In this document: in pieces, positions 24,915 through 34,963 of the stretch | How the letters are laid out: every line of letters starts with the position of its first letter | Position numbering within the stretch: position 1 is the stretch's first letter | DNA from: Chloroflexota bacterium | GTDB lineage: Bacteria; Chloroflexota; Anaerolineae; Anaerolineales; Villigracilaceae | Direction of reading: 5' to 3' | Length of the DNA: 64,000 nt | NCBI GenBank assembly: GCA_019873655.1 | Contig: JAIOAU010000001.1 | Location: 83,984 to 147,983, forward strand | Notes under the pieces: model-generated | The model's database searches: none | Seen by the model: only the letters and a program-made list of their open reading frames with translations | Told to the model about the DNA's origin: nothing | Translations under genes and position numbers: made by a program

Positions 24915-26105
24915 CTAGGGATGGACGACCACCAGCGTCCCGACCGAGGCCCAATCGAACAGCCAGGCGGCGTCGCTGGTGCGCATGTTGACGCAGCCGT
25001 GACTCATCGGCGTCCCGAAATTGTTGTGCCAGTAGGTGCCGTGGATGCCGTAGCCGCGATAGAAATACATGGTGTAAGGGACGTTGGGCAAGTAGTAACC
25101 CGGCCCCGACATGGTGGTCGAAACGTACTTGACGTAAATGCGGAATTGTCCTGTGACCGTCGGGTATTGGGCGGTGCCGGTCGAGACGACGAAACTGGCC
25201 ACCACGGTATCTCCCTCGTAGGCGTACAGGCGTTGTTCGGAGAGGTCGATGTCGATCCAGCGTTCGCCGCCCGCCGGGCTGTAGGAGGAGACGACCGGAG
25301 CAGGCGTGTCGGGGGTGACGTACACCAGGCCGGCGACGGCGGGGGTCTCGGTGAAGGCTTCGGGGGAGGGGAGGGGCGTTTCGCTGGGGGAAGGCGAAGG
25401 ACTGGCGGTGGAGGTGGGCGCGGGGGTGGGAGAGGCGGTCGCTGTGGGAGAGGGGGGGACGAGAAGAGTCGGCGTAGAGGGCGAGGTGAGCAGGTCGGTC
25501 GGAGAGGGCGTGAGGGTCGCCTTGACGAAGTTTGCCGGCGCGCCGGGGAGGGTGGGGGTAGCGGTGGGCTGGGGGGTGTTGAGCCACAAGGCCGGGGCGG
25601 GCGCGGCGCGGCCCGGCCAGAAAGTCCACAGCGCCGCGGCGCACAGGATGGTCAGCGTCAGCAACGCCCAGAGGATGGCAGGCCGTCTGGTCTTCTTCCG
25701 CGGCGGCGACGGCGCGGACGGGCGGGGGGCCGCCGCGGCGGGAAAGGCCGCGGCCGGGACGGGAGGCGGGGAGGGCGGAGGGACAGAGGGGGAGGGCGCG
25801 GTCGGCGTCTTGCGCGGCTGGGTGTCGCCGCGGGCCGATTCCTGTCGGCGCACTTGCTCCAGCGCCCAGGCCATGCCCCGGCGGGCGCGTTCGCTGCCCG
25901 GGTTGATTTGCAGCGCCTGTTCCATGCAGGCCACCGCCGCCCGCGGGCTGGAGACTGCCGCCAGCAGCAGCCAGGCGTCCTCCGTCTTGGGGGCCAGGGC
26001 GATGGCCTGCTCGGCCCAGCGGCGGGCAGCCTGCCGGTCGCCGCGCTGGAGCGCCTGGCGGGCGTTCTCGATGGCCTGCTGGACGGAACGCGAATCGGGA
26101 ATCAT
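24915..26105 (-). CDS. TPR-like N-terminal domain, TM segment, PT linker and L,D-transpeptidase
   Basis: Catalytic motif SHGCVNM and TM segment [17 protein letters not shown]. The ATG at 26105 overlaps the amidase stop as ATGA. Confidence 0.8.
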   Translation of the reverse strand: MIPDSRSVQQAIENARQALQRGDRQAARRWAEQAIALAPKTEDAWLLLAAVSSPRAAVACMEQALQINPGSERARRGMAWALEQVRRQESARGDTQPRKTPTAPSPSVPPPSPPPVPAAAFPAAAAPRPSAPSPPRKKTRRPAILWALLTLTILCAAALWTFWPGRAAPAPALWLNTPQPTATPTLPGAPANFVKATLTPSPTDLLTSPSTPTLLVPPSPTATASPTPAPTSTASPSPSPSETPLPSPEAFTETPAVAGLVYVTPDTPAPVVSSYSPAGGERWIDIDLSEQRLYAYEGDTVVASFVVSTGTAQYPTVTGQFRIYVKYVSTTMSGPGYYLPNVPYTMYFYRGYGIHGTYWHNNFGTPMSHGCVNMRTSDAAWLFDWASVGTLVVVHP

Positions 26106-26914
26106 GGAGGGGGAAGCGGTTCGGCGCTCTCGGTATTTACGTAGCACAAGATGCCTGCGACGATGCCATCGGCGACCAGGTCGGGGCGCTGGGTGAGGAG
26201 GTCGTAGTCCAGGCGCAGGAAGCCGGTCTCGATGATGGCCGCCGTCGTCGAGGAAGCGATTTCGTCGAAGGCGTGGTACTCGGTCATGTCAACCGTGATG
26301 CTGCCGGCGTGGAAGGGCAGGCCGGTGACGCGTCGGTAGCGGTCGTAGAGGCAGGCCGTCAGGCGGCTTGCCAGATTCGGGTCGCGGCTGGAGACCGACT
26401 GGGCTACTTTGAAGCCGGTCGCGTCGGGCCCGTAGTCTTCACACGAATCGTTGTGGATGGAGACCAACGCCGCCGCCTGATACCCTTGCAGGCGCGGGTC
26501 GAACTCTTGCAACAAGTCCACCTGAAAGCCCTGGGCGGTCAGTTTTTGCTGGACGAGGGAGGCAATGGTCAAATTGACCTCCGCCTCGGTGACGCCGTTG
26601 GGGCAGACGGCGCCCGAGTCGTTGCCCCAGTGGCCGGCGACGATGCCGATCCGCACCTGGCGCTGGGAGGTGGCTGCCAGGGGCGCGGCCGGGCCCACCG
26701 CCGGCGGAGTCAACAGGACGTTGACCAGGTTGTCGATATCCAGCGAAATGGACTGCGGCGTGCAGCAGGTCGCCATGGTTGCCAGCAGGATGGCGACGCT
26801 GATGACCGTTTGCAGGATGCGCCCGGTGCGAATACCATTGGGCGCAGGCTGAGACGAGGAAGGCGGGCGTAAATCATCCATAGGTAGTGCAATAGTACCC
26901 CAAATGAGGGGCAA
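26102..26914 (-). CDS. N-acetylmuramoyl-L-alanine amidase (Amidase_3)
   Basis: Motifs [16 protein letters not shown] and SIHNDS, plus a TM anchor. The start is uncertain (TTG 26914 or ATG 26881). Confidence 0.8.
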   Translation of the reverse strand: MPLIWGTIALPMDDLRPPSSSQPAPNGIRTGRILQTVISVAILLATMATCCTPQSISLDIDNLVNVLLTPPAVGPAAPLAATSQRQVRIGIVAGHWGNDSGAVCPNGVTEAEVNLTIASLVQQKLTAQGFQVDLLQEFDPRLQGYQAAALVSIHNDSCEDYGPDATGFKVAQSVSSRDPNLASRLTACLYDRYRRVTGLPFHAGSITVDMTEYHAFDEIASSTTAAIIETGFLRLDYDLLTQRPDLVADGIVAGILCYVNTESAEPLPPP

Positions 26915-26957
26915 AAAGCAAGGCCTTGGAAAGCGGATTTGGAATCAATGTTGCACT

Positions 26958-26986
26958 TTGCACAATTCCCCTAACGCAGATATAAT
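26958..26986 (+). promoter_or_regulatory. Promoter of the ferredoxin gene
   Basis: TTGCAC (26958-26963), 17 nt, TATAAT (26981-26986). An AGGAGG Shine-Dalgarno lies before the ATG at 27025. Confidence 0.6.
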
Positions 26987-27024
26987 AACTCCATCTTGTT
27001 CCCAACGATTCTCAGGAGGAAGCC

Positions 27025-27438
27025 ATGACCCATATCATTACCAGTTTATGTTTGCGTGACCGCGCTTGCATCGAAGTCTGTCCGGTCGAGTGCATCGTGC
27101 CAGGTCAGCCGGTGGATCAATACCCCTGGATGTACATTGACCCCGATACCTGCATCGACTGCGGCGCTTGCGTGCCCGAGTGCCCTTACGGGGCCATCTT
27201 CCCCGAGGCGGAGGTCCCCTCGGCGTACACGGCCAAGGGCGGCGAGTACATCAACCGCGTCGGCCTGACCGGTCACTATGAGGGCGTCAACCACCATGGC
27301 AACAAGGTCGTCCTCGATACCGTCCGGCAACTCGAAGCGGGCGAGGTCATCGACCTGACCCAGGACATTCAGCCCAATTATGATTTCTTCAAGAACGGCC
27401 CTGGCTACAGCGCCAAAGATCAGGACACGGGTTCTTGA
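27025..27438 (+). CDS. 4Fe-4S ferredoxin-family protein with a C-terminal extension
   Basis: Cluster motifs CIEVCPVEC and CIDCGACVPECP. Confidence 0.85.
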   Translation: MTHIITSLCLRDRACIEVCPVECIVPGQPVDQYPWMYIDPDTCIDCGACVPECPYGAIFPEAEVPSAYTAKGGEYINRVGLTGHYEGVNHHGNKVVLDTVRQLEAGEVIDLTQDIQPNYDFFKNGPGYSAKDQDTGS

Positions 27439-27468
27439 GAATTTGGTCAGACGGTTGCATCTCTATCG

Positions 27469-27500
27469 CCAGGCTTCCCGCGGAAGCCTGGTTTCTTTCT
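27469..27500 (+). terminator. Intrinsic terminator after the ferredoxin gene
   Basis: CCAGGCTTCC-CGC-GGAAGCCTGG followed by TTTCTTTCT. Confidence 0.65.
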
Positions 27501-27616
27501 GCGGAAGGGTATAATCGCGCCATCGGGAGGCGCGCCGGAGGAGCGGCCGGCCAAGCAAAGAGAGATGACATCAAAGCCCCGACTTGTGATAGACTCATGT
27601 TGTCTGGGAGTGCGCC

Positions 27617-28123
27617 ATGATCCTTGATCCTACTTTTCTGAGCGGCTTTACTCTCGTCCTGACCGGTTTCGGCGGGGCCTTCCTGGTCGCCATGTGGATC
27701 GCGCTGGTGGTGTGGACGTACCGCGATATCCGCAGCCGTCACCGCGACCGTCTGGTTCATATTCTGGCGGCGGTGCTGGTGGCCGTGTTGTTCCTGCCAG
27801 GGGTGCTCGTTTACCTGGTGCTGCGGCCGGCGCATTCGCTGGAAGAGGAGTATCAGCGCACGCTGGAGGAGGAGGCCCTCTTGCAGGCCATCGAGGAACA
27901 GGCGGTCTGTCCGGGGTGCGAGCGGCGGGTGCGCGACGACTGGCAGGTTTGTCCCACCTGTCACACCCGCCTGCGCAAGCCCTGTCATCATTGCGGGCGG
28001 CTGATGGAACTGGCCTGGAACGTCTGCCCATATTGCGCGACGCCGGCCCCCGGCGTGCGCCGCGAGGGAATCACCATGTCCGAGGCCCTCAGCGGCCAGC
28101 CCAGGGAAAGCCTCCAGCCCTGA
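27617..28123 (+). CDS. Membrane protein: PLDc_N-like two-TM module plus a double zinc ribbon
   Basis: WIALVVWTYRDIRSR...LFLPGVLVYLVLRP, then CPGC..CPTC..CHHC..CPYC. Confidence 0.6.
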   Translation: MILDPTFLSGFTLVLTGFGGAFLVAMWIALVVWTYRDIRSRHRDRLVHILAAVLVAVLFLPGVLVYLVLRPAHSLEEEYQRTLEEEALLQAIEEQAVCPGCERRVRDDWQVCPTCHTRLRKPCHHCGRLMELAWNVCPYCATPAPGVRREGITMSEALSGQPRESLQP

Positions 28124-28177
28124 CCGCCCACTGCATCGTGACGACAGCCGTCGTCACGATGTTCAAAGGGGAGCCAG

Positions 28178-29290
28178 ATGAAAATCGAACGCCTGACTCT
28201 TTTTCATGTACGCATGCCGCTCGTCGCCCCCTTCGAGACTTCGTTTGGGCGCAGCGCCGACCGCGAATGCCTGCTGATCGCGGTCTATGCCGAGGGTCTG
28301 GTCGGTTACGGCGAGTGCGCCGCCGACGCCAGCCCCGGCTACTCGTACGAGACGACCGGCACGGCCTGGCACATTCTCAAGGATTTCGTCGCCCCGCTTC
28401 TGCTCGGCCAGGACGTGCGCGACGCCCAGGACTTTCAGCGCCGGGTGCGTCCCATCAAAGGCCACCTGCTGGCCAAGGCGGGAGTCGAAATGGCGCTGTG
28501 GGACTTGATCGGCAAGCGCGACGGCCTCTCGCTGCGCGTCCTGCTGGGCGGCCAGCGGGAGCGCGTCGCAGTCGGCGTTTCGGTCGGATTGCAAGAGACC
28601 CCTGACCATCTGGTACGAACGGTCGAGCGTTATCTGGCGCAAGGCTATGGACGCGTCAAAATCAAAATCAAGCCGGGGCGGGACGTGGAAGACGCCTTCG
28701 CCGTCCGCCGCGCCTTTCCCGATCTCCTGCTCCAGGTGGACGCCAACTCCGCCTACACCCTCGAGACCGGCCGCCGCCTGCTGCCCCTCGACGACTTGAA
28801 TCTCCTGCTCATCGAGCAGCCGCTGGCCGAAGACGATTTGTGGGATCACGCCCGCCTGCAAAAGGAATTCCGCACCCCCCTTTGCCTGGACGAGAGCATC
28901 ATCTCGCTGCGGCACGCCCGTCAGGCGCTGGAAATGCAGGCCTGCCGAATCATCAACATCAAGGCCGGACGGGTGGGCGGCCTGAGCCAGGCGCTGGCGA
29001 TTCACGCTTTGTGCCTGGAGAAAGGCGTCCCGGTCTGGTGCGGCGGCATGCTCGAGACCGGCGTCGGCCGGGCCTCCAACCTGGCCCTGGCCAGTTTGGA
29101 GGGTTTTCGCCTGCCGGGGGATATTTCGGCCTCCGAGCGCTATTACCACCGCGATATCACCCACGAACGTTTCGTCCTGAACCCCGACAGCACCATTGAC
29201 GTCCCCGGCGGCCCCGGCCTGGGCGTGACGGTGGACGAAGCCGCCCTGGCCGAATTCACCCTCGCCCGCCTCGACTTGAAGGCGACCTGA
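28178..29290 (+). CDS. Enolase-superfamily OSBS/N-succinylamino-acid racemase family enzyme
   Basis: KIKIKPG (KxK), QVDAN, IEQP, CLDES and NIKAGRVGG. This is the full set of metal and acid/base residues in the expected order. Confidence 0.85.
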   Translation: MKIERLTLFHVRMPLVAPFETSFGRSADRECLLIAVYAEGLVGYGECAADASPGYSYETTGTAWHILKDFVAPLLLGQDVRDAQDFQRRVRPIKGHLLAKAGVEMALWDLIGKRDGLSLRVLLGGQRERVAVGVSVGLQETPDHLVRTVERYLAQGYGRVKIKIKPGRDVEDAFAVRRAFPDLLLQVDANSAYTLETGRRLLPLDDLNLLLIEQPLAEDDLWDHARLQKEFRTPLCLDESIISLRHARQALEMQACRIINIKAGRVGGLSQALAIHALCLEKGVPVWCGGMLETGVGRASNLALASLEGFRLPGDISASERYYHRDITHERFVLNPDSTIDVPGGPGLGVTVDEAALAEFTLARLDLKAT

Positions 29291-29303
29291 CCAGGGACTC
29301 CCG

Positions 29304-31034
29304 ATGAGAACGAACCGCGGCCGTTGGTTGTCCCTCGCCCTGAGCGCCGTTCTTTTGGCCTCCTGCGTGCCGGCCTGGGGGTCCGGGATGACCGAGTCGC
29401 CGCTGGCGATGGACCCGCCGACGGCGACAGCCCCGCCGTCGCCCACTCCCTTCCTGCCCGAGGGTTCGCTCTCCATCCCCACGACGACCCCCGTCCCGCC
29501 GCCGACCTCCCTGCCGGTGTATCCCACCACCCCTCCTGTCGGCGCGCCGCTGCGCTTGTGGATCGAGGCCAGCGCGCCGCCCGCCCTGCGCGCCGCCGTC
29601 GCCGCGGCCAACGTCCCCCTGGCCGCCTCCGAGCAGGAAGCGACTCTGCGCTATGGGTTGTACGCTCCTCAGACTTCCCTGCCCGATACCTGGACGGTCT
29701 GGATTTACGCCCTCGTTGCCCCCTTTCCGACCATCGAGGATGGCGTCTCGAGCGAGGATTTGCGCCGCGCCTGGGCTGGGGAACAGATCGGACTCTTCGG
29801 CGGCCGCCCGCTGTTGATGGACGAATCCACCCTGGCGGCGTTCAGCGGGCATTGGGGACCGCCGGCGGCGGGCGCGGTGCGCGTCGTCCAGGGCGAATAT
29901 TTGCTGGACGAGGCCTGGGCCGCCCGCCCCTCCTGGGCCATCGTCCCCTTCGAAGAGTTGCAACCGCGCTGGAAAGTCCTGACCATTGACGGCCAGTCGC
30001 CCATCCGCCGCGGCTTCAATCCGGCCAACTACCCGCTGACCCTGACCTTTGCCCTGGCGGCCGCGCCGGGCATTTCTGTCTCGTTCTCTCCGCCTCCCTC
30101 GAACTTCGATCCCTCGAAGATGACCACCCTGGTCATGACCGGCGTCACGGCGCTGGTGCGGGCGACGGCCTACCGCATGGAACGTTACGGCGTGCTTTAC
30201 CCCGCCCGCGACATCGGCGACGATCTACGCAGCGCCGACATCACCCACATCAGCAACGAAATCCCTTTCGCCGAAAACTGCCCCTTCCCTAACCCCGACT
30301 CGACTCTCCTCATCTTTTGCTCGAATCCAGACTACATTGCCCTGATGGAAGATGTCGGCACGGATGTGGTCGAACTGACCGGCAATCATTTCCAGGATTA
30401 CGGCTCGCAGGCCACCCTGATGACCCTGGACATGTACGACGCCCGCGGCTGGCCGTATTTCGGCGGCGGCCGCGACCTGGCCGACTCGAGGCAGCCAGCC
30501 CTTCTGGAACACAACGGCAACCGCTTCGCCTTCATCGGCTGCAATCCCGTCGGGCCGGCGTTTGCCTGGGCGACCGAAGCCCGGCCGGGCGCGGCCCCGT
30601 GCGGCGATTACGCCTGGATGACGACGGCCATCTCCCGCCTGCGCGCCGAAGGCTATCTGGTCATTGCAACGATGCAATACTGGGAATACTACGTCCCCGC
30701 GCCGCCTCCCAACCAGGAGCGCGATTTTGCCCGCCTGGCGCAGGCCGGGGCGGTCATCGTCAGCGGGAGTCAGTCCCATTTCCCACAAGGTTTCGCTTTC
30801 GAGGGCGATTCGTTCATTCACTATGGCCTGGGCAATTTGTTCTTCGACCAGATGGACACGCCCGTCGCCGGAACGCGGCGCGAATTCGCCGACCGGCACG
30901 TTTTCTACGACGGCCGCCACATCAGCACCGAGTTGCTGACCTACATGCTCGAAGATTACGCCCGCCCGCGGCCGATGACGCCGGCGGAACGCGCCGCCCT
31001 CTTACAGGAAATCTTCCTCGCTTCGGATTGGTGA
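29304..31034 (+). CDS. CapA-family (PGA_cap, metallophosphatase-like) lipoprotein with an N-terminal extra domain
   Basis: Lipobox LLASC. Segments TLVMTGVTALVRA, DITHISNEIPF, VELTGNHFQDYG and FIGCN. Confidence 0.75.
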   Translation: MRTNRGRWLSLALSAVLLASCVPAWGSGMTESPLAMDPPTATAPPSPTPFLPEGSLSIPTTTPVPPPTSLPVYPTTPPVGAPLRLWIEASAPPALRAAVAAANVPLAASEQEATLRYGLYAPQTSLPDTWTVWIYALVAPFPTIEDGVSSEDLRRAWAGEQIGLFGGRPLLMDESTLAAFSGHWGPPAAGAVRVVQGEYLLDEAWAARPSWAIVPFEELQPRWKVLTIDGQSPIRRGFNPANYPLTLTFALAAAPGISVSFSPPPSNFDPSKMTTLVMTGVTALVRATAYRMERYGVLYPARDIGDDLRSADITHISNEIPFAENCPFPNPDSTLLIFCSNPDYIALMEDVGTDVVELTGNHFQDYGSQATLMTLDMYDARGWPYFGGGRDLADSRQPALLEHNGNRFAFIGCNPVGPAFAWATEARPGAAPCGDYAWMTTAISRLRAEGYLVIATMQYWEYYVPAPPPNQERDFARLAQAGAVIVSGSQSHFPQGFAFEGDSFIHYGLGNLFFDQMDTPVAGTRREFADRHVFYDGRHISTELLTYMLEDYARPRPMTPAERAALLQEIFLASDW

Positions 31035-31056
31035 ATCTGCCTCCAGGAGACCGAAC

Positions 31057-31689
31057 ATGCCCATCTATGATATTACCGTTCCCATCCATCCTTCTATGCC
31101 GGTCTGGCCCGGCGACCCTCAGGTGACGCTCGAACAGGTCGCCTCGATCGACGCCGGAGCAAACGCCAACGTCTCGCATTTGAAGGCTGGCGTCCACGTG
31201 GGCACGCATGTGGACGCCCCGCATCACTTCCTCAACGACCGCCGGACGGTCGAAAGCCTGCCGCTGGACGTGCTGACCGGCCCGGCGTGGGTCGTCCAAC
31301 TGCCGGAGGAATGCCAGGTCGTCGCCGCCGCGGACCTCGAGGCGGCGGCCATTCCGCCCGGGACCGAACGCCTGCTCCTGAAGACCCGCAATTCGGCCTT
31401 CTGGCAAACCTCGCCGCGCGATTTCCGGCTGGACTTCGTCGGCGTCGCCGCGGACGGGGCGGAGTGGCTGGTCGAGCGCGGCGTCCGGCTGATCGGGGTG
31501 GATTACCTCTCGGTAGCGCCCTACAAACAGTCGCGTCCGACGCACGAGATTCTGCTGCGGGCGGGGGTGATCATCGTCGAGGGATTAGACCTTTCCGCCG
31601 TCCCGCCGGGGAGGTACAATCTGTACTGTCTGCCGTTGAAACTGGTCGGCTCCGACGGCGCGCCGGCGCGCGCCATCCTGATCTCTTGA
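31057..31689 (+). CDS. Cyclase-family protein (kynurenine formamidase-like)
   Basis: HVGTHVDAPHHF motif. Confidence 0.8.
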   Translation: MPIYDITVPIHPSMPVWPGDPQVTLEQVASIDAGANANVSHLKAGVHVGTHVDAPHHFLNDRRTVESLPLDVLTGPAWVVQLPEECQVVAAADLEAAAIPPGTERLLLKTRNSAFWQTSPRDFRLDFVGVAADGAEWLVERGVRLIGVDYLSVAPYKQSRPTHEILLRAGVIIVEGLDLSAVPPGRYNLYCLPLKLVGSDGAPARAILIS

Positions 31690-31705
31690 AAAGATCGAGT
31701 CCCCT

Positions 31706-32548
31706 ATGAACGATTTCCTGCCCCCAGAGGAAGAAGGTTTCTTGCCGCTTCAAGAGGAGACCATCCGGCCGCCGCGGCGCTATCTGGGCATGACGGTCAC
31801 GCAGTTGGCGGTGGTCGGGGCGCTGGCGCTGCTGGCCTGCCTCTTGATGGCGGTGCTGGGTTATTTGATCCTCCAAAATCTGCTGGCAAGGCCGGCCGTC
31901 AGCGCGCCGCCGGTTGGGCCGGAGATGCCCTCCCCCACCTTCACGGCCACCCCCGCGCCGACCGAAACGCCCACCCCCACGGCGACGCCGATTCCTTACG
32001 AGTCTGTCCTGCCGGCGGGCTGGAATCAGTTGCGCTATCTCACGGTCGAACTCTGGGTCCCGCCCTCCTTCGTGGGCGGCGGCATGTTCGACCAGCGCGA
32101 ATCGACCCTGGCCGCGATCGCGGCCCTCGGCCCGGATTTTTCTTCCGTGATCCAGTCTGCTGACCGTTACCCGCCTACCACCGTCCTCCTGGCAGTCGAC
32201 TCGAACCTGGGCCGCTATTTCGTCATCACCAATCTTATTGTTTTCTTCGAGCCGGTTCCTTTCTCTGACCTGGACGCTTATCCGAATTATTATTTGGCGA
32301 CGTATTATCCAGGCGGGACGACGACCCCCTTTATGCAGGAGAACCGGCGCTATGCCATCCGCGATTGGCCGGCGCGGCGCTTCATCATCACCCTCCGACA
32401 GGGAACGGTCGAGGTGGCCGAGACGGTGTACCTCCTCCAAGACGGCGAGACGATTTGGGCGCTCTCCTGCGTCACCAGCACGGCCGAACTCTACGAGCGT
32501 CTGCCGGTCTTCGATCAGATTGCCCAGACCTTGCGGGTTGCACCCTGA
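31706..32548 (+). CDS. Membrane-anchored hypothetical protein
   Basis: One TM segment (LAVVGALALLACLLMAVLGYLIL), a PT linker and a globular extracytoplasmic domain of unknown type. Confidence 0.5.
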   Translation: MNDFLPPEEEGFLPLQEETIRPPRRYLGMTVTQLAVVGALALLACLLMAVLGYLILQNLLARPAVSAPPVGPEMPSPTFTATPAPTETPTPTATPIPYESVLPAGWNQLRYLTVELWVPPSFVGGGMFDQRESTLAAIAALGPDFSSVIQSADRYPPTTVLLAVDSNLGRYFVITNLIVFFEPVPFSDLDAYPNYYLATYYPGGTTTPFMQENRRYAIRDWPARRFIITLRQGTVEVAETVYLLQDGETIWALSCVTSTAELYERLPVFDQIAQTLRVAP

Positions 32549-32559
32549 GACGGCGCGTC

Positions 32560-33360
32560 TCACCGCGCCGGCAGGGTGTATCCCCCGTCCACCACAATCA
32601 CCTGGCCGCGAATCATGGCCGCCGCCGGCGAGCACAAGAAAGCGACTACCCCGGCTACATCTTCGGGGGTGACCAGCCGTCCGGCCGGGGTGGCGGCGAC
32701 GGCGCGCCTGATTACTCCATCCTCTTTCAGCGCATCGAAATGCTGCAGGGCCTCGGTCTCGATCAGGCCGGGGGCGACGGCGTTGACGACGATGTTCTTC
32801 GGCGCGAGTTCGACCGCCAGGTAGCGGGTGAGCGCCTCGAGGGCGGCTTTGCTGGCCCCCACCACCACGTAATCGGGCAGGACGCGGTTCGCCCCCGGGC
32901 TGGAGATGCTGACGATGCTCCCGCCGCCGCGCTTCTCCATCAGCGGCGCGGCGCGCTGGGCGGCGAAGAGCAGGGCGCGGGCGTTGATGTTCATCGTCCA
33001 GTCCCAGCCTTTCGGCTTCTGCTCCAAAGCCGGACGGTTGTAGCCCGAGGCGGCGTTGTGGACGAGGATGTCCAGGCTGCCAAAGGCCGCCTCGACCTGG
33101 TCGAAGAGGCGGGCCAGGTCGTCCAGGTCGCCCACGTCGGCTTTGACGAGCAGGGCGCGGCGGCCCAAGGCTTCGACCGCCGCGGCGGTCTCCTCGGCCG
33201 GCTGGCGGTTGCGGAAGAAGTTGACGGTCACATCTGCGCCCAGGCGGGCGAAGTGCAGGGCGATGGCGCGCCCGACGCCGCGCCCGGAGCCGGTCACCAG
33301 GGCAATCTTACCGGCGAAGGGAAGAACAGGCGTTTCGTTCATGGGAAGCGAGTATATCAT
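32560..33360 (-). CDS. fabL: Enoyl-ACP reductase, FabL-type SDR
   Basis: Motifs TGSGRGVGRA, NAASG and YVVVGASKAALEALTRYLAVELAPK, with C-terminus IRGQVIVVDGG. As I recall it, this closely matches B. subtilis FabL. Confidence 0.8.
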   Translation of the reverse strand: MIYSLPMNETPVLPFAGKIALVTGSGRGVGRAIALHFARLGADVTVNFFRNRQPAEETAAAVEALGRRALLVKADVGDLDDLARLFDQVEAAFGSLDILVHNAASGYNRPALEQKPKGWDWTMNINARALLFAAQRAAPLMEKRGGGSIVSISSPGANRVLPDYVVVGASKAALEALTRYLAVELAPKNIVVNAVAPGLIETEALQHFDALKEDGVIRRAVAATPAGRLVTPEDVAGVVAFLCSPAAAMIRGQVIVVDGGYTLPAR

Positions 33361-33491
33361 AGCCCTCTGGTCTTGCAGGTCGGATGGTCAATCCAACCTG
33401 CTCGACTCGTCCCTCGCCCCGCCTGTCTGGGCGGTTTCCCCTCTCTGGAGGGAAGCGCCGCAAAAAGCCTGCATGGTAAAATGGCTTTTGT

Positions 33492-34373
33492 ATGACTCCC
33501 TTCCGCAAGCGGCGCCTCTTTTTATTCCTGGCAGGAGCCATCGTTCTGCTGGCTCTCGTGCTGCTGGCGGCAAGCATCGAACGGTTGGAATTGAAACCGG
33601 CGGTTCCTTTCTCGCCGGCCGGCGAAGAGGAAGAGACCACAGAACCGCTGGCGGCCCGTCCGCCCGATATCTTGTTCTGGTATCTGATTCTCATCATCAT
33701 CGCCGTCCTGACGATCGGGACGATCCTCGCCTTGTTCTTTTTGCCGCCCAAACAGCGCCGCCGCCTGATTCTGACCCTGCTGTTCCTGACCTTTCTGTTG
33801 ATTCTGACGGCTCTCCTCATCTCGCGTCAGGGGGAGGCGATCGCCGTTCCGACCGCCTCCCCCGCCCCGGCGACCGAAGCGCCGGCCGAGGTCGCCGCCC
33901 CGCAGGCGGAGGAAGAGCCGCCGCCGTCCGAGTTCGTCGCCCCGGCCATTTCCCCCTGGCTTTCGTTTGCGGCAGCCTTTCTGCTCTTTGCCGTCGTGGT
34001 TTTCCTCTCCTGGCGGTTCTTGCGCCGTTGGGGCGGAGAGGAAGAGCATGTTATTGTGCTGGAGCAGATTGCCCGCCAGGCGCTGGAGGATTTACAGGCC
34101 GGCAGGGACTACGGCGACACGGTCATCGAATGTTACGCCCGCATGACCGAGGCGGTGCGCGAGCGGCGCGGCATCAAACGCCGCGAACACATGACGGCCA
34201 GCGAGTTCGCGGCCGCCCTCGAGCGCGCCCGTCTGCCGGGCGAGGCGGTGCGCCATCTGACCCGCCTGTTCGAGGCGGCGCGCTACGGCGGCCGGTCCTC
34301 TACGCCGCAGGACATCGCCGAGGCGATGGAATCTCTGACTGCCATCATTGACAGTTGCCAGGAGGCGCGATGA
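33492..34373 (+). CDS. DUF4129-domain membrane protein
   Basis: TM segments plus a C-terminal stretch (ECYARMTEAV...TASEFAAALERA...LTRLFEAARYGG) typical of DUF4129. Confidence 0.65.
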   Translation: MTPFRKRRLFLFLAGAIVLLALVLLAASIERLELKPAVPFSPAGEEEETTEPLAARPPDILFWYLILIIIAVLTIGTILALFFLPPKQRRRLILTLLFLTFLLILTALLISRQGEAIAVPTASPAPATEAPAEVAAPQAEEEPPPSEFVAPAISPWLSFAAAFLLFAVVVFLSWRFLRRWGGEEEHVIVLEQIARQALEDLQAGRDYGDTVIECYARMTEAVRERRGIKRREHMTASEFAAALERARLPGEAVRHLTRLFEAARYGGRSSTPQDIAEAMESLTAIIDSCQEAR

Positions 34374-34963
34374 GCAGACGCGCCCGCCTGCTCTTCCTGC
34401 TGGGCGGCCTGGCGGCGGCAGCGGTCTTGGGCTTCCTCCTGCGCGAGCCGGTTCGGGCCTTCATCGTCCTGCCTTTGCTGAAGTTCTTCTGGCTGCTGCG
34501 CGGCTACTACGGTTCCTTTCCCCAGTCTTCTTACTACATCGTCCTGCTTGTCTTCATCGTCCTGATTGGGCTGGTCAGTTTCCGCCTGACCGATTGGATC
34601 GCCGGAGAGCGGTCGGCCGCGGGCCGGTTCGAGCGCGGCGCGGTGAGTCAGATGGCCTTCTGGCTCGGACGGGCGCGTCACAGCCTCTATGGCCGCTGGT
34701 ATGTGGCCCGTGCCCTGGCCGACCTGGCGCTCGACTTGCTCGGCCAACGCGGCCGGGGCGGCGCGCTCGACCTGCAAGGGTCCGCCTCGCCTCCCCGCCC
34801 CGAAATCGAAGAGTATCTGCAGGCGGCTCTGCGTCTCAGCCCGGCCGGCTTTGCCCGCAAGGAGACCTCGTCCCAGGTTCTCTCTTTGGAAGAAAATCCG
34901 GAGCCGGTCATTGCCTATTTGGAAACCCTTCTGGAGGACGTTCATGAGCATTTCCATTCCTGA
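34370..34963 (+). CDS. Hypothetical membrane protein
   Basis: The start overlaps the upstream stop as ATGA. Two N-terminal TM segments. Confidence 0.45.
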   Translation: MSRRARLLFLLGGLAAAAVLGFLLREPVRAFIVLPLLKFFWLLRGYYGSFPQSSYYIVLLVFIVLIGLVSFRLTDWIAGERSAAGRFERGAVSQMAFWLGRARHSLYGRWYVARALADLALDLLGQRGRGGALDLQGSASPPRPEIEEYLQAALRLSPAGFARKETSSQVLSLEENPEPVIAYLETLLEDVHEHFHS

